Shown piece after piece: positions 22,101-36,639 of a stretch of 64,000 bases of DNA. The notes beneath the pieces are model-generated. The model saw only the letters and a program-made list of their open reading frames with translations, was not told the DNA's origin and ran no database searches. Source of the stretch: Haliotis rufescens (taxonomy: Eukaryota); NCBI RefSeq assembly GCF_023055435.1, contig NW_025963813.1, positions 38,440,001 through 38,504,000 of the forward strand, given 5' to 3'. Both the position numbers and the translations under genes were made by a program. Positions within the stretch are counted from its first letter, which is position 1. Each line of letters starts with the position of its first letter.

Positions 22101-25100
22101 CCCAGATAACATTTTGAACTTCTGTTTTGCACGTTTCTGCTTACTTCTCGAACAATATGGATCTCGGTCCTGAGATACCTGTTACATCTGGTCCAATCAC
22201 CAGCGTGGATTCGAACCCAGGAGTAGACTTGAGGATTTCCCTAAGATGGACAAAATCTCGCCCAAGCTGTGCTCCAGAAATTGTATTGGTGAAGGGTTCA
22301 GGGAAATATTCAGGTTCTAGAGACCAAAGAAACTAGAGTATTATATCAAGAATATGATTATGGTCGTTACAGTACATATGTTCGTCATGCTCTACACCTT
22401 TTGACTTTGAGATTGAAGAATAACGTGCACATATCTTAAAGTAGTAAACAGAATGACCTAGGTATAACTAATTATACATACTTGGTGAAGTATAATATCA
22501 TACACAAAGAGGTTACGTTGTATGTTCTATTCAATGAGCTGAAGAACTGTTACCATTTCCGAGTTCAAATGCGGGCATCTTGTAGTTCCTGGCATAGCTA
22601 TAGCTCATCAGTTCTTTGGCGTTTTCAGGGTCCCACTGTCCGTCTTTCCGCTTCAATACATTAAGGCCAAACACCAAGTCCCATCCCACGGCCCTCACAA
22701 AGTCATTCAGATTGTCCCATATGGCACCTCAATGATAAAATAGATTGTTTATGGGTACATTTCTCAGCTGGATGAGGCCAATAAATTAACTCGGATAAAC
22801 AAGCAACATAATGTAACGTACACGTAGGTACTCAGTGTTTGCGAACAAACATGGCGTCGCTCTTCTTAATCGTCGATCGAGTCAGAATTAATATTAAGAA
22901 GTCATCCTTTGTTCAGTTCAATATAAATGTTCTCGAAAGACAGATTGAACGTCTTAGTTTAAGTTAGATACCACCACCAAACCAACGTCCGGCTATGCCT
23001 CTCTCCGAAGATATTGTTCACGTGCAGAAACGCTTTTTGAAGCATGTCGCTGTCGAAGCCGAATATCAGTTTCAGAAAACAAATGTCTTCGCTGCCAGTT
23101 TAAAACGACTGATCACTGACATTGCGACATAATATTTTAATGCGAACATTCCAAGATAAGTTTCGATAATAGATTCATGAATAACATTATAAGACAAAGT
23201 GGCTATCGTGGTTGTGTGTGCTTGGATGTTAAAAACTATGTACTTTTTAAGTACAGTGTTCATTCCTCATAGAACATATTTACCATCCCAAAACACACAC
23301 GTGTGATAACCCCTATATGTCCTTCTTTTGAAAACAATAAAATATTCATTTAAACAAATGTAAATGAGATCATTGATCGATATGGAGTACAATTTTGAAC
23401 ATTGGCCTATTGTAATCAGTGTAAACTGATTTTTGGACCAGGGATAGCAAAAAATTACCACAAGATACTAGCTTCCGCCCAAAATCCGTAGGGCCAATGA
23501 CGAAGGGCAGATAACAAGTAGGTTTTGATGATATATGTCGCCCTAATGTCTGCAATTGCTGGTCCGATTACTTACACTCTTTGAATGGTAAGTCCCCATG
23601 GTCCCAAGTAAGGTGGCCTTACTTTGGTTACTGGTGATCTATAGCCCAATTTAAAGCCCGATTGAAAGTGTATTCTCTTAACTGTTCTCAACTAGTTGTA
23701 AATTAAAAAAATGTGATACTCTAGTTATCTTATCGTCCATCGTTGACAGCTTTTTTAATCTAAATATAATTATTATAACTGTTTCGTTACGATATGGCTA
23801 AAATATTGCCGATGTGACGTTAAATTTCACTCACTCACTCACTCACTCACTCACTCACTCACTCACTCTGAATGTGTTTGCTGCTTTAGGTGCTTGACAT
23901 TTTTTGTTCTTTGTCTTTGGTCATCTGTCACGTGGTTTAGTCGCCATTATGGATTCATGGTTTCACAGTGTGGATTGGTGCATGTCTTTACATCCATACT
24001 CTCTGAATCAACTGCATAAAATGCTTCCAAACTCTCTGAGAGTTCTCTCAATACATGCCACATTAAATATGTATTGCCGGTTTTGGATATCTTTTTAGTT
24101 GCGGATATATTGGATTTTGATTTTGATAATTTATTTCTCATAAATTTTACTTTAAATATCATATCTGTTTTGTTCTTGTTTGCATGGTAAAAGTAGTACT
24201 GCTTGGCAGTTATGTTTGATTCAAGTTAGTACTCTAATTGAGTACTACTAATAATAAGCGCCCCACAATTATTGATTAACCCCCGTTCACTGTCTAATTA
24301 GAGAGCCAAGAGCAATACACAATCTTGTCACAAATGTCGTCAGTTTTATGTATATTACCCGTGAAGAATAGAGTTAGAACTGGTTTTCAGCAAACCCATG
24401 CTTGTCTTGTCGTAAGAAGTGACTAACGGAATCGGGTGGTCAGGCTTGTTGCATTTGTTGATGCATGTATTCGTTTTCCAATAGGCAATTGCTTCGGTGC
24501 CTTACGTTGGATAGCATTGGTACAAGCAAACCCTTCGAGGATTTTAACATGGAGGAACACTCTTTAGAACACCCTTGGACACACTGGCACACGCCAATTT
24601 CATAGCGGCGGTTCCTGGGGTTCTACGCCGTGCGCCACACAAGCCGAGTCGGCGAGCGCCCGTGTCAACCCAAACCGAGGCGGAGAGCCCTTGCTTAGCG
24701 GGGTTCGGGATCCCGTCTTTGGCTATGTTTGAGCGTCCGCAGGAACGGCAGTAAACTCAATTCCTTTCTTCATTCAGGCAGTTACTGAAGCTCATTCGCT
24801 CAGCGATAGTGGTATTGAAACTGTCGTTTTGTGTCGTCCACGCCCACACCATTGTGTAAGCACCGCTTCTCGTCCACTGAGTTGCCCGATTATGTTCAAA
24901 TGTTGTTTGCGTATGTAGACAGTTGCGTTCCAGATACCACCAACATTCCAAGGCCGTGCTTTTGTGTCTAAGGAGCCCGACATTGCTGCTTACAGCTATA
25001 TTTTACCTTATACTTACTCACGGAATCAATGTCAGGGGTTTGCATATGATCTTACTACAGCAGTTAAAGCAGGATTCAGTACAGATTACATTCCTAATCA

Positions 25101-26446
25101 TTGAATGTGACAATTTTTGAGACCTCTGCTCTACATTAACTGCATATTTCACAGACTCTGGATGGCGTCAGGATTATTATAAGCAGTGTAAATCCCTAAC
25201 AACTCAAAACGTTGTCACGGCGAAGGAACCTTATCACTTGATGAATGTTATGACCCAATTGATATCATTCATTTTTCTGGCATTGAATACTCCCAAAACG
25301 AAGTGTCGTATATATTATATAAGTCACATAAACATACCAGTAAAAGTGGAGTTTGCACTTGTACCCCCATGACCCGTTGGGTCAAATGTATTGAAGTCTC
25401 CAGCTGTTCCGCCTATTCTCAGATAGCTGGGGGATAACGCCTTAGCAAGCGTCCGCACTTTGGGTGAACTAGAAAATTAATTTCAAATATTATATCATCA
25501 AAATGATTTGTTCTTTTTCAAACGTGAACGATTGTTCACCATATTCGTATGATATATAATGTTTTATCATAAACTTAAGTGTGAAAGACTGAGTTTGATA
25601 TTTTCATTGCAGTGAACATGGCAATTGATATTTCACTGCACTGAACATAACACTTGATATTTCTCTGTTGCCATTTATGGAGTTAATATCGCTTCAGGCC
25701 GTATGTTATTCTCTTAGAGATTGTTTCGTTATATACTGTAAATTTCTCACTTAACTCGTCAATCGAGACTGGTCGTTTCGCAAAGCGCAATTTTGTTTCT
25801 TGACCAGCGTGTATTCTTTCGCTTCAAACAGCGGTTTGGTAGTTTTCAAGTATATTTTTTTTGTTAAAGTTGATTTTGTATATAACCATATCTATATGTA
25901 TGATAGAGACGTTTCGTGCCCCTAAAAATGTCTTGCTTCTCTTCTTCATATTTTTTAAAGATTATGCAAACACGAAACTACTTCTCCAGTTGCAAATACA
26001 GGGGGTGGTGAACCATCCCTGTGTGTTAGGTAGGGAGAATTTACGTTTCAAGTTTTTACATTTGTAATGAAATATTTACCGGTAGACAACTACACAAAAA
26101 GTATATAAAAAAAAAATATTTCTTATGTCTCGTAAAATATTATGTTTCTCTCATCGCGTGACGGGGAAAAATGAGATATATCCTTTTCACCCGTGATATT
26201 TCACTCGACACATGAAATATCCTCTCTACAGTAAACTACATAAATAAACTAATACACTCACCGTAAATCCAGTCCTCCCCAGTTAAAAGCTATTGGTATC
26301 TCTGCTGAATCAATTGTCACTCCAACGAAATGGTCATCTATCGTTGCTATTTCCTTGTCTGTAGCAACAGTGACAGAAACAGACTGACCCACTGTACATT
26401 GCACATGTAAGGAGCAGAGTATAACGAGCACACGTGTCACAGTCAT
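19178..26446 (-). CDS. HPSE: Heparanase-like GH79 gene C, complete, 10 exons, 478 aa
   Basis: Exons 26262-26446, 25338-25468, 22554-22727, 22145-22316, 21840-21890, 21486-21686, 20516-20630, 20101-20213, 19655-19795, 19178-19331 total 1437 nt, open frame. GNEPE and WLGETSS intact. Intron 9 has a GC donor. Confidence 0.92.
23828..23867. repeat. (CACT)n microsatellite (SINE-tail type)
   Basis: Perfect run preceded by a gacgttaaa tail motif. Confidence 0.85.
25553..26228. mobile_element. Unclassified insertion of about 670 bp in gene C intron 1
   Basis: Intron 1 is 793 nt in C but 123-148 nt in D/E/F, with alignable flanks; internal repeated gatatttcactg motifs. Boundaries approximate. Confidence 0.5.
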
Positions 26447-26600
26447 GGTGTCCTCAGCACTGCATGTATGTTAATGTGTATCTATATAAAGAAGTATACC
26501 ATTTAATGTGAACGACTGACCTCGTGTCAACGACAAACTGCTGATAAACTGATAAAACAACTGGTTTACTTGAGTTCGATGATGGAATTTTTTAAACCAG
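26447..26600 (-). promoter_or_regulatory. Conserved proximal promoter of the C-F subfamily (TATA-like box, AGGTCA half-site, tandem GATA sites)
   Basis: TTTATATAGA about 40 nt upstream of the ATG, then TGACCT and ctGATAAactGATAAaa. Related blocks lie upstream of D (34696-34820), E, F and the 57.3 kb relic. Confidence 0.55.
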
Positions 26601-26660
26601 AAATGAACTGCTCATGATGGAAGCCACTAGTGGAGCAGGATACGCTCACCTTTTCGCAAC

Positions 26661-26927
26661 ACCCGTGAAGAGTCCGGGGTAGAACAGGTCTTCAGCAACC
26701 CATGCTTGCCGTAAAAGGCGACTATGCTTGTCGTAAGAGGCGACTAACGGGATCGGGTGGTCAGGCTCGCTGACTTGGTTAATGCATGTCATCGTATCCA
26801 AATTGCGTTGATTGATGTTCATGATGCCAATCAGTGGATTGTCTAGTCCAGACTCGACTATTTACAGACTACCGTCATATAGCTGGACTATTGCTGAGTG
26901 CAGTGTCAAACAGCAAACAAACAAACA
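26661..26927 (+). mobile_element. SINE-like family 4 (no tRNA head; head resembles LINE 5' UTR)
   Basis: ACCCGTGAAG...GTCGTAAGAGGCGACTAA...GCTGGAATATTGCTGAG...(CAAA)n. About 15 full or partial copies, e.g. 9950-10122(-), 17866-18080(-), 18630-18884(+), 27830-28048(-), 33385-33587(+), 40085-40260(+), 53169-53430(+), 55606-55860(+), 61255-61412(-). Confidence 0.8.
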
Positions 26928-29625
26928 AGCAAGGAAGTAGTGAATCCTGTCAGTCAACAACGACGTTTACTATGTAGCACGTTCAGGACGTGTTTTCGCT
27001 GTTCCTCCTACCGTTGCGTCCCCAACGTTCAAGATGTCAACGTGTACACACAACAATATGATAGTTTCTGAACAACTTGTTCCAGTGATGCGTGAGTGAG
27101 TGAGTGAGATTCATAGTCACATCGGCAATATTTCAGCCATTTCGTGACTAAATCAGGTTGTAAATCAATAATATATAAATATAGACATTATAATCTGTCA
27201 ACAAAGGACAGTAAAAACACTAGACTATCACAGATGTAGATTGTAAAACTAGCATATCATAATAAAATTTACACAATAAAAATGGGCTATAGATCATCAA
27301 TAGCAAAAGGTAGGTCACCATACTAGGTACCATGGGTACTTACGATACTTCTGCTACCTACATGTCCAGTGACGTGTTGACGTGACGTCAGACTTGGATG
27401 GCCAGCTTGTTGCAAGCCCTGAGTGTTTCCCTGCTGTAGATAACGTCTAAGAGATGACATTGTGCTAATGATTCAACATTTATCATAAGTAGGACAATGT
27501 GATTCTGCAAAAAAACAGCCATATGTCACTATTTCAAGGTCCCTAGCAATCTATACCTGGTCTTTAGAGGCCACTAGATTGCATAAAGTGGTCAGATTTC
27601 AGACTGGCCCGCGAGTCATCATAATGTGACACACCTACATGTACTTTAAGTATAAATATATTTACAAATGAGCATGCATATTCAAATAACATAAACATAA
27701 ATAAATAAAATGTTAAAAAGTTACATAATTAAAGTGAAAGATTATCGTGTACCAGATGTGTGTGTCATGTTGTACTTTCATGACCTTTTACCTTGACACC
27801 CTTATCTAGTGATATATTTATCTGTATTAGTTGGTTTGTTGTTTAACGCCGTACTCAACAATATTACAGCTATATGACGGCGGTCTGTAAATATTCGAGT
27901 CTGGACCAGACAATCCAGTAATTGATATCACGAGCATCGATCCACGCACTTGGGATCGATGACTTGCATCAACCAAGTCAGAGAGCCTGACTACTCGATC
28001 CCGTTAGTCGCCTCTTACGACGAGCATAGTCGCCTCTTACGGCAAGCACTCTCTGTGCTAACGATTGGTAATACGGTAATACACGAGGGGAGTCACCTAC
28101 GCCTACCGCAATGCTTGAGTCACTTCACTTTACATATTGGGATGCTAACATCATTAACAACAGTTAGATATGCAGACGCATAAGAAGCTTTGAGTCTTGA
28201 GTTATCAATCAGTCTTAATAAAACTTAGCCACATAGCCGTAAAACTCCTCTGCACTACAGTGCCATTCCAGGCGCTGTGAAGAGTAATGTGTTCTACATT
28301 TACTTCGGGATTTTACATCCGTAAGACGTCCAAAACGAGTCTCTTCCAAGTTTTGTGGCCTACGATTTTACCGAAAGTTATCACAGGCCCAGTGAAAGTA
28401 GATGTGAAGTAACTACATATTCAGTTAATTTGACAGTTCAGTAAACGTATATATGTACATGTAGAACACATTGCTAGGTTGCATGCTTGTGTTGTGGAAA
28501 ACGAAACCATGAAAACGAAACTCTGAAGAAATGTCTCTTAGTTAAATTGACACAATAACAGAAAGTTTGTTTGAACGAGACCGAGGTCAGTCTAATGTAC
28601 ATATTGTCAGTTGTCTCATTTAGACAGCGGAACAGATCCTGATGAACAGAACAAATGAGCTTGACACCTGGGTGAATATATACCAAGGTCAGAGGCGCAC
28701 GGGTTTTCAGACTCAGTTGCCAATGACAATGTCATGTTTCCATCTTATAAAGTGTCCATATAATTGACACACTTATTGATTTTCTACACCCACGGGACCG
28801 GTTTTTACACCAAACAAACGCAAATATGGGAGGAAATGCATGCAAGAACACGATTTGTGTATATTTCCTTTATGTTTCAATGCCCGAAACAGATTCCATT
28901 TGGCGTAAAGGGCAAAATAGCTAGGAAAATTATATGAATGGACAACTGATAATCAGTCATGACATGGTCTTCGCGAAAAGGGTAAGCATATCCTGCCCGA
29001 CTGGGCAGCGTCCTTGAGGTCGAGGTCAAATACTTAAAGGAGGCATAAGTCTGTCATCTTGAAGACGTTACAAGAAGAAGAACGCAATGCCAACAAAGGA
29101 AATGCATATATTTGTAATGGAACACTGCTTTAGTTTATTACGCATTACACATTCCACTTGTAACAATCACCAACAGCGATAGGCAGGGTAACAACAAGTA
29201 CCATCTTTTCACGGGTTTTTTTGGTATGACGCGACAGGGGATCAAACCCCGGACCTTTCGGTCTCCGTGCAGACACTATACCAGTAGACCACGGAGGCGG
29301 TCACATATTGTAGAAAGCAATGCTGACAGTCAAATATTAGTTCCTTTGGACATTGTCGCCTTGGGCGCTAGGTATCATTCTCCTGTACTGTACATTGTGT
29401 TGATAGTTCTGTGGCACCTTTGAAAACCAGAGTTAATGTTTTTTTGCTCAATTATGTATGTGATGGCAGTTACCTCCAGTACTTGCCCATTACTACTATT
29501 ATATGTGTATTTTGAGCATTATACATCACGTATAACTGTGGAATGCCAGACAAGAACAGAAAGCCAAGTTTGTAATGGAACGCCGTTTATAGTTTGCTAC
29601 ACGTGGCAAACAATACCAGTCAGCA

Positions 29626-32600
29626 TCACTTGCAGATATCAACATCCGCATCAGGGAACACGGCAAACCCGAAGGTCCTCGCTGGCAGCATGAGGAGCCC
29701 GCCATAGGCCTTTTGAGGGGGCATGTCGGGGATGGTGTTGTTCACATAATCCAGTCGTTTACCATTTAGAGTCACATTCCTGAAATTACAATGTCAACTG
29801 AAATTAAGGACAACACTAGCGACGATAAACCATAGTCTCGTTAGTTATATGAGTGATCACGTTTGAGTATGTAGCACATTATATAAAGTAAAACGCACGT
29901 AATATTAGCCTGTATCATAAAGTGTTCTCGTTCCGCTGTGTATTAGTCTCTGACCATCATCATGTATCCCTTTACTTGCCTTGATGTAAGTTCTATGAAC
30001 TCTGGTCTGAGCCAGAAGAGATCCATATTCTTTTGGAATTGTGGGAAGGTGACGACGGTGGTGTAGATGTTGACGTTGACGATGTAGATTACGACACTGC
30101 CCGGCTTGTAGTTGTATACACTATTCAAAGATATGGAAACAGGTTGGAGCGAAAAGTTACAATATTTTGGCACATCAGAAGTCATCACATTACATGCACG
30201 TTATGGAAATGGATGACAACAGAGGAGACATTTATGTTCTAGAAGTTAATGTTCAAATATAAAAAGGACACTGACTATCCCACTCAACACCTTCCAACTG
30301 TGTACCTGTTCTGTTTGGCACAATGGGCATAGACCCTGAAACTGTTGGTTGAGTTGGTCTGCACAGATAACACTTTATTCCCAACCAGTCGCTTGTAGAG
30401 CAAGGTCAGCCAGTAGTCCTGGAAAGTGACAATTGTCTATGCATCACGTAGGTCTGAATCGTATCGGAAGAAAATATGTGGCGCAGAAAAGTTTCTGAAA
30501 ATACAGGACTTTCACGCTTCATGCATGACACTGGTGCTACTGTCTTGTATTGTATATATGTGCAGGTAATATGAGTTTGTGTGAATACGTTTGATTAATT
30601 ATGTATATTATGTAACTTCTGGTGGAAAATAAAGATTTTAGCCAGTCCCGACGGAACAAGATGCCATGATATTTGTACCTACCGAATAAGGTTCAAATGT
30701 GTTCATCTCGATCAGAGAATAATTGTGTCCATAGTATGATTGTCTTAAAACCCCTTTAAGTCCCATCCGTGAGGCAACCCCGAGCTTGTCTAACCATCTG
30801 AAATATTAATTTGAAGCTAGGTGAATCAAATGCGGGATGAATAATTGCTCACATGCTTGTCGAGGTAGGGTTGCGCATTCATTCTGGCACTATCCACAAC
30901 AATAAAAGTCCTCAAACGGGCACGGGCGGCCTAGTCGTCAAGGGCGCCGCGATTCGATGTGCAGAGTTGCGTCCCTTGGGCACGCTAAAAACCTATGATT
31001 GTGGGTTCGAATCCCGGTTCGCCCCGATTATGTTTCTAGGTTTGTCAGCACCATACCCGTGCTCGTGGGTTAATCTGAAGTGGTAAACGTCTAAGACCTG
31101 CATCACATCGGGCTTTCCTCCCATACTAAGCTGACACTCCGTGATATAACTGGAATACTGTTAAAAGCGGCATTAAACCCAATTCACTTACACCCACCAG
31201 ATTAAACAAGGCTGTATATAATTTTTTTCAGCTGACAGATGTTGGCCGAAGTTTTATGTGTGTTTGTTGTTTCTGTTTGGTCCAGGTCCATATCGTCAAC
31301 TAACCGGTTACTACAAATATCCTCAGCAGTATGAGCGTGAGTAGGTCTCCATGCAGGATCTGGCTGATTGTGTGTCACCATGCACCGACTGGTCTTGCTG
31401 TCAAACTCTGGTTTGCCAGACCCAGTATTGTGTATTTACAAAACGCACCGCTAAAGCTTGACTATTTCTAACTACCTCGTAAAAGAACACCAATGCACTA
31501 TAAACAGGGGTAACTATAAACCGTTTGGTCGTCACGCTGTTGACCCAGGTTCCATTCCTCATACTGGTAGGTTCCCTGAAGCTAGTTTCTGGTATATTCT
31601 ACTGATGAAATAGGTGTAAGTACATACTCGCTCTATAAATTGTTATACTTTATAAAAATAAAGTAACTTTCAAAAAGAGAGACAATACTCACAGAAACCC
31701 CGCTACATATCTATCAGATAACGCTGGAGTTCCCCCACCGTAGAAGGACGATGTCTCCCCAAGCCAAAGGGGAGTGTCGGGGTTGGAGGGGGTGGTGACA
31801 TTACGCACTCTGTGGATGTCAGATATCAGGCTGTCCATCACCTTGGAGTCGAGGCAGGTGTTCACTGTTGCATCGCCTTCAAAGGCATAGTACCTAAACA
31901 TTTAAAGCATTTTCAAATGTGACGCTAAGGAAAACTCGTTTATTAAGTGTCCCTACTGCAATATTAATAAGCGTAGAGTAGTAACATGTGTAGTTACAAT
32001 AACTTAATTCAACACATGTTTCAGAAGATGACATAGCTTAAGACTCACTGGTGAAAGGTGATTCTGTCAACGGCCTTTCTTCCTTCGCCTTCGAAGAAAC
32101 TGAAAAATCATCAATAGGAATTCTAGCATCAAACTCATAATTGTGAATACCGTTTTCGGTAATTGAATGGTGTGAGCTACTGGATTAGTGTCATGGATAC
32201 TTTACAATGATTTATATATCGCTTATCATATCACCGCATTAAAACAGTTGAGAAGATTGACCATGTCCATGAAGTATCATTTGTTACTTTCACATCAGTA
32301 TCATGCTACTGGTACCCAGATGACAATGTGTGCCAATCATGAAAACATGTGTTCTAAGTTTCCACTTACTTCTGAAACAATATGGATTTCGGTCCTGAGA
32401 TACCTGTTACATCTGGTCCAATCACCAGCGTGGATTCGAACCCAGGAGTAGACTTGAGGATTTCCCTAAGATGGACAAAATCTCGCCCAAGCTGTGCTCC
32501 AGAAATTGTATTGGTGAAGGGTTCAGGGAAATATTCAGGTTCTAGAGACCAAAGAAACTAGAGTATTATATCAAGAATATGATTATGGTCGTTACAGTAC

Positions 32601-34695
32601 ATATGTTCGTCATGCTCTAAACATATCGACTTTGAGGTTGGTACGAATTACACCGTACACATATGTGACGGTAATAAATACGGAGTAATGATCAAGAAAG
32701 GCGGAGGAATTATCAAGTAATAACTGTACATACTTGGTAAAGCATTATATTGTATACAAATATGCTACGTTGTATATAATATCAAATGAGCTGTAGAACC
32801 ATACACTACCATTTCCGAGTTCAAATGCAGGTATGGTGTAATTCCTGGCATTGCTATAGCTCATCAGTTCTTTGGCGTTGTCAGGGTCCCACTGTCCGTC
32901 TTTCCGCTTCAACACATTGAGGGCAAACACCAAATCCCACCCAACGTTCTTCACAAAGGCATTAAGGTCGTCCCATTTAGCATCTCAAACATAAGATATT
33001 CAAGTTTATCATACAGTGGGTAAGATTCTCATCAGGATGACGCCAACGAATAAAAAGTCGAATAAACATGCAAACATAAGGTCACGTAAGTACTCAGTGT
33101 TTGGAAACAGACAAGGCATCGCCCTTGTGTATCGGCGATCGAGTTAAAAGGGAACATCAGGGATCTGGAACTATTTGAGAGATAATATATCACAGTTCTA
33201 TAAAGAAGTCATTCTTGATTCTGAATAATAGAACTGTTCCTGAAGGGAACGTGAACGAAAGAGCCTTACTTTGATTCCACCACCAATAATCTCCTATCTC
33301 CTATAACGTTGATCAACTTCAACATGTTCATTCAAGCATGTTGTCACATCATGTTTTTGTTATTACTTCTAAAACTAATGGTCGACCCGTGAAGATTCGG
33401 GGTAGAATAGGTCTTCAGCAACCCATGCTTGCCGTAAAAGGCTAGCTGACATGGTTAAAGCTTGTAATCGTATCCCATTTGGTTTGATAGATGCTCATGA
33501 TGTCAATCAGAATGTCTGGTCCAGATTTGTTTAGTTACAGACCGCCGTCATACAACTGGACTATTTATGAGTTAAGCAACAAACAAAGTACAATAATGTC
33601 CATAAAGCCGACGATAGGTGTCTAAAATCAAATGTTTTATCAACCTCCTGTCACTCTATTTCTGAATTATCACTGAAATTGTTACGTCATATATTAATGC
33701 GCACATTCCAGGAAACCTTGCAATGTTTAGGAACCATTGGTAAGAAATGAGAATACATATTTCGGTAATAGTTTTAGGAATGACATTATATGGTAAAGAT
33801 GTCATCACGCTTGTGTGTGCTTGGAAGTTAAACCCAATGTACAATGTTCATTCCTTGTAGAGGATATTTACCATCCCAAAACACACTCGAGTCATAACCC
33901 TCCATATATCCTTCTCATAAAAACAATGTATTGCAGGTCACTGATTCATATGTACATGTGGCAGAGGTATTATATTGAACATTGCAGATTTTAGGTACAA
34001 TCGAGGACTCCAGAGAGCTTTACTTGACTTTTGTTCAAAAGTAATTTGATCAGTGTTACAACATTCAAAGCCTAGGTAAAGGATTCTAAAAGTTTTATTG
34101 TAGACATCATGAGGAGGTTTCCAAATTTGACACACCAGTGGCGAAAATGATGTCCGAGACGATTCTCCTGTTATTATTGTCATGGGTACTAAATACTAAA
34201 TACTCCCAAACCAGGTATCATATATATATATATCATGTCATGTCATGTAAGCATACCAGTATAAGTGGAGTTTGCACTTGTACCCCCATGTCCTGTTGGG
34301 TCAAAGGTCATGAAGTCACCAGGTGTTCCGCCTATTCTCAGATAGCCCGGGGATAATGCTTTTGCAAGCGTCTGCACTTTAGGTGAACTAAAACATTGTT
34401 TAAGATGAAATATATTCTCAGAAACTGAAAATATTTGTTTTCTTTCAAACTTAAGGATTATTTATCATACTCATATGATACAGTGTTACAGTGAATCACA
34501 ATACACTTACCTTAAATCAAGTCCCTCCCAGTTAACAGATATTGCTAGCATTGACGAATCCAATGTCACCCCGACGAAATGGTCATCTATCGTTGCTATT
34601 TCCTTGTCTGTAGAAACAGTGACAGAAACAGACTGACCCACTGTACATTGCACATGTAAGGAGCAGAGTATAACGAGCACACGTATCCAATTCAT
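29626..34695 (-). CDS. HPSE: Heparanase-like GH79 gene D, complete, 10 exons, 478 aa
   Basis: Exons 34511-34695, 34257-34387, 32810-32983, 32370-32541, 32049-32099, 31693-31893, 30683-30797, 30306-30418, 29980-30120, 29626-29779. Same exon sizes as gene C; GNEPE and WLGETSS intact; GC donor at intron 9. Confidence 0.92.
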
Positions 34696-34974
34696 GGTGT
34701 CAGCAGCTCGCGTGTATGTTAATGTGTATCTACATAAAGAAGTATGCCATTTAATGTGAACGAGTGACCTCGTGTCAATGACAAAGTAATGATAAGCCAG
34801 AACTGATAAAACAACTCGTTTACTTTGCTTATTCCAGGGACATAGAAGTTCATGTCAGAAAATAAAGCAACAAAATCCGTTCCATATGCAAAAAGGCAGA
34901 GTCAATTGTACGATTCCGACTATATCATGAGCATGTGTTTTTGAATCACTATCAAATAGTTAAGATACTAGGTG

Positions 34975-35520
34975 TTCGCGAAAGGGGAAGCGTATCCTGC
35001 TCCACGGTGGCACCCGTCACAAACACATGCAAAGGCAAGTCAATTGATCACCTGAAAAAAGCACGGAAACATCCTGTACAAGTCAAAATTGGGAATTGCT
35101 TCGGACATCAGTTTTGGCACTGATGCGTCAAATTCGGAAATGTCCTCCACATGTCCACCATAAAGCTTTTGGAAAGTTTTACTAAGGTCTTGAATATTGA
35201 AACCTTGATCAAGCAACTTCTTAACAAGACTCGTATGACACTCTTTGAAATCTTGGTTGAAAGAGCATGTTCGATTGTATCTCAGAAGTGAAATATGTAA
35301 ACACCAAAGGCTGGAGGTGCTCGAATATTGCTTGACATGAAGGGAAAGTTGACTATTGGAAAGTTAATGTCATCCCTCTTGTCAAACAGTCTTGTGAAGA
35401 GTGTTTTGTCACTCTGAATATTTATGTATTGATCTAAATTAACAGATGAGGCGGTCTCATGATCACTGGTTTCCTTTATTTCTAACTCAGGTAGGTACCT
35501 GCCTTGTACTTGTGATGTTT
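34975..35520 (-). mobile_element. Penelope-like retroelement RT C-terminal remnant
   Basis: Minus-strand translation PELEIKET...RLFDKRDDINFPIVNFPFMSSNI...FGVYIS...KKLLDQGF. Clade assignment is from memory. Confidence 0.55.
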
Positions 35521-36639
35521 GAGAAGTGATTGCCCAATCAAATACTTAAAGAGCAAGTAAACTCAACACAGAAACGTTGCAGGTTTTAATACTCTAGGGT
35601 ATACTTGATCACAAATGCTTGATAAAAAAAAATGCAATAGGAAAATAGTTAAAACAGACGATAACAAACCAATCCCTGAACAACTTCATGTCATTGCATC
35701 TAGACTGAGGTCACTCCCCTCTACTTGGCCCTACACTCTCACTCCAGGCTTAGATCACTCCCCGTTGGACTCAAATCAATCCCTTACATTTTCACGGTAT
35801 TCTACTTCTACTCTTCTGTGTTGGCATACAGTCAACTGCGGTTAAAACGAACTCAAAGGGACCACCAATTTTAAATAAATCAATCCATTAAGAATTCAGA
35901 TTTATTCTAGATTGATTGAGCCTCGGATGAGGTCACGCCCCACTACTAAAAGGAAACACTCACTCCAGGTTCAAATCACTCCCCAATGGGCTCAAATCAA
36001 TCCCTTGCATTTTCACAGTATTCTATTTCTACTGTTCTGTTTTGGCATACAGCGCTGAAGTTTTCAGGTCTTCATGTGACCTTCATACTTGAGGTGGTAG
36101 AAGTAGATTGTCGACATACATTATTATTTGTAGACAGTGAAATCATCTGTGTATATTACTGTTGAATTAACATATGACATCAAGCGCCCGTTACAAATCT
36201 GAAAGGAAGTTTAATTTTACCCGGGGAAATGTCAGATCTATCAAATACTTACGTTGAGAGTCACTGGTGTTCCACTTTGTTTTCAATCATACTAATCATA
36301 GCAGGTTTATTAAAATTTCAACATATGAAAAAAATACTTTGCATTCAAGCAATTGTGTATATCCATGTCAAATAAATATACAGGCGCCCAGTCGACCTGG
36401 TGGTTTGTGTTGGGTCTTCCTTCCTATCCATCACCTACTGATATTGATACATATACACCCCAGTGTGGACATCTCACACATGCCACAACTAAATATGCCT
36501 AACTGAATATCTCACAAAATATAATTACATGACCACTCGATGAACTATATTCCGATACCATGTACTAAGTGAAATCTTTTCAAATATTTATATCAATGAG
36601 TGAGTGAGCATTCAGTTTGATTTTGGCTATAAAGGGATT

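Noticed and set aside
35735-36052. Direct repeat pair of about 95 bp as LTRs
   Set aside because: Too short and close, with no TG...CA ends or internal coding sequence; a simple local duplication.
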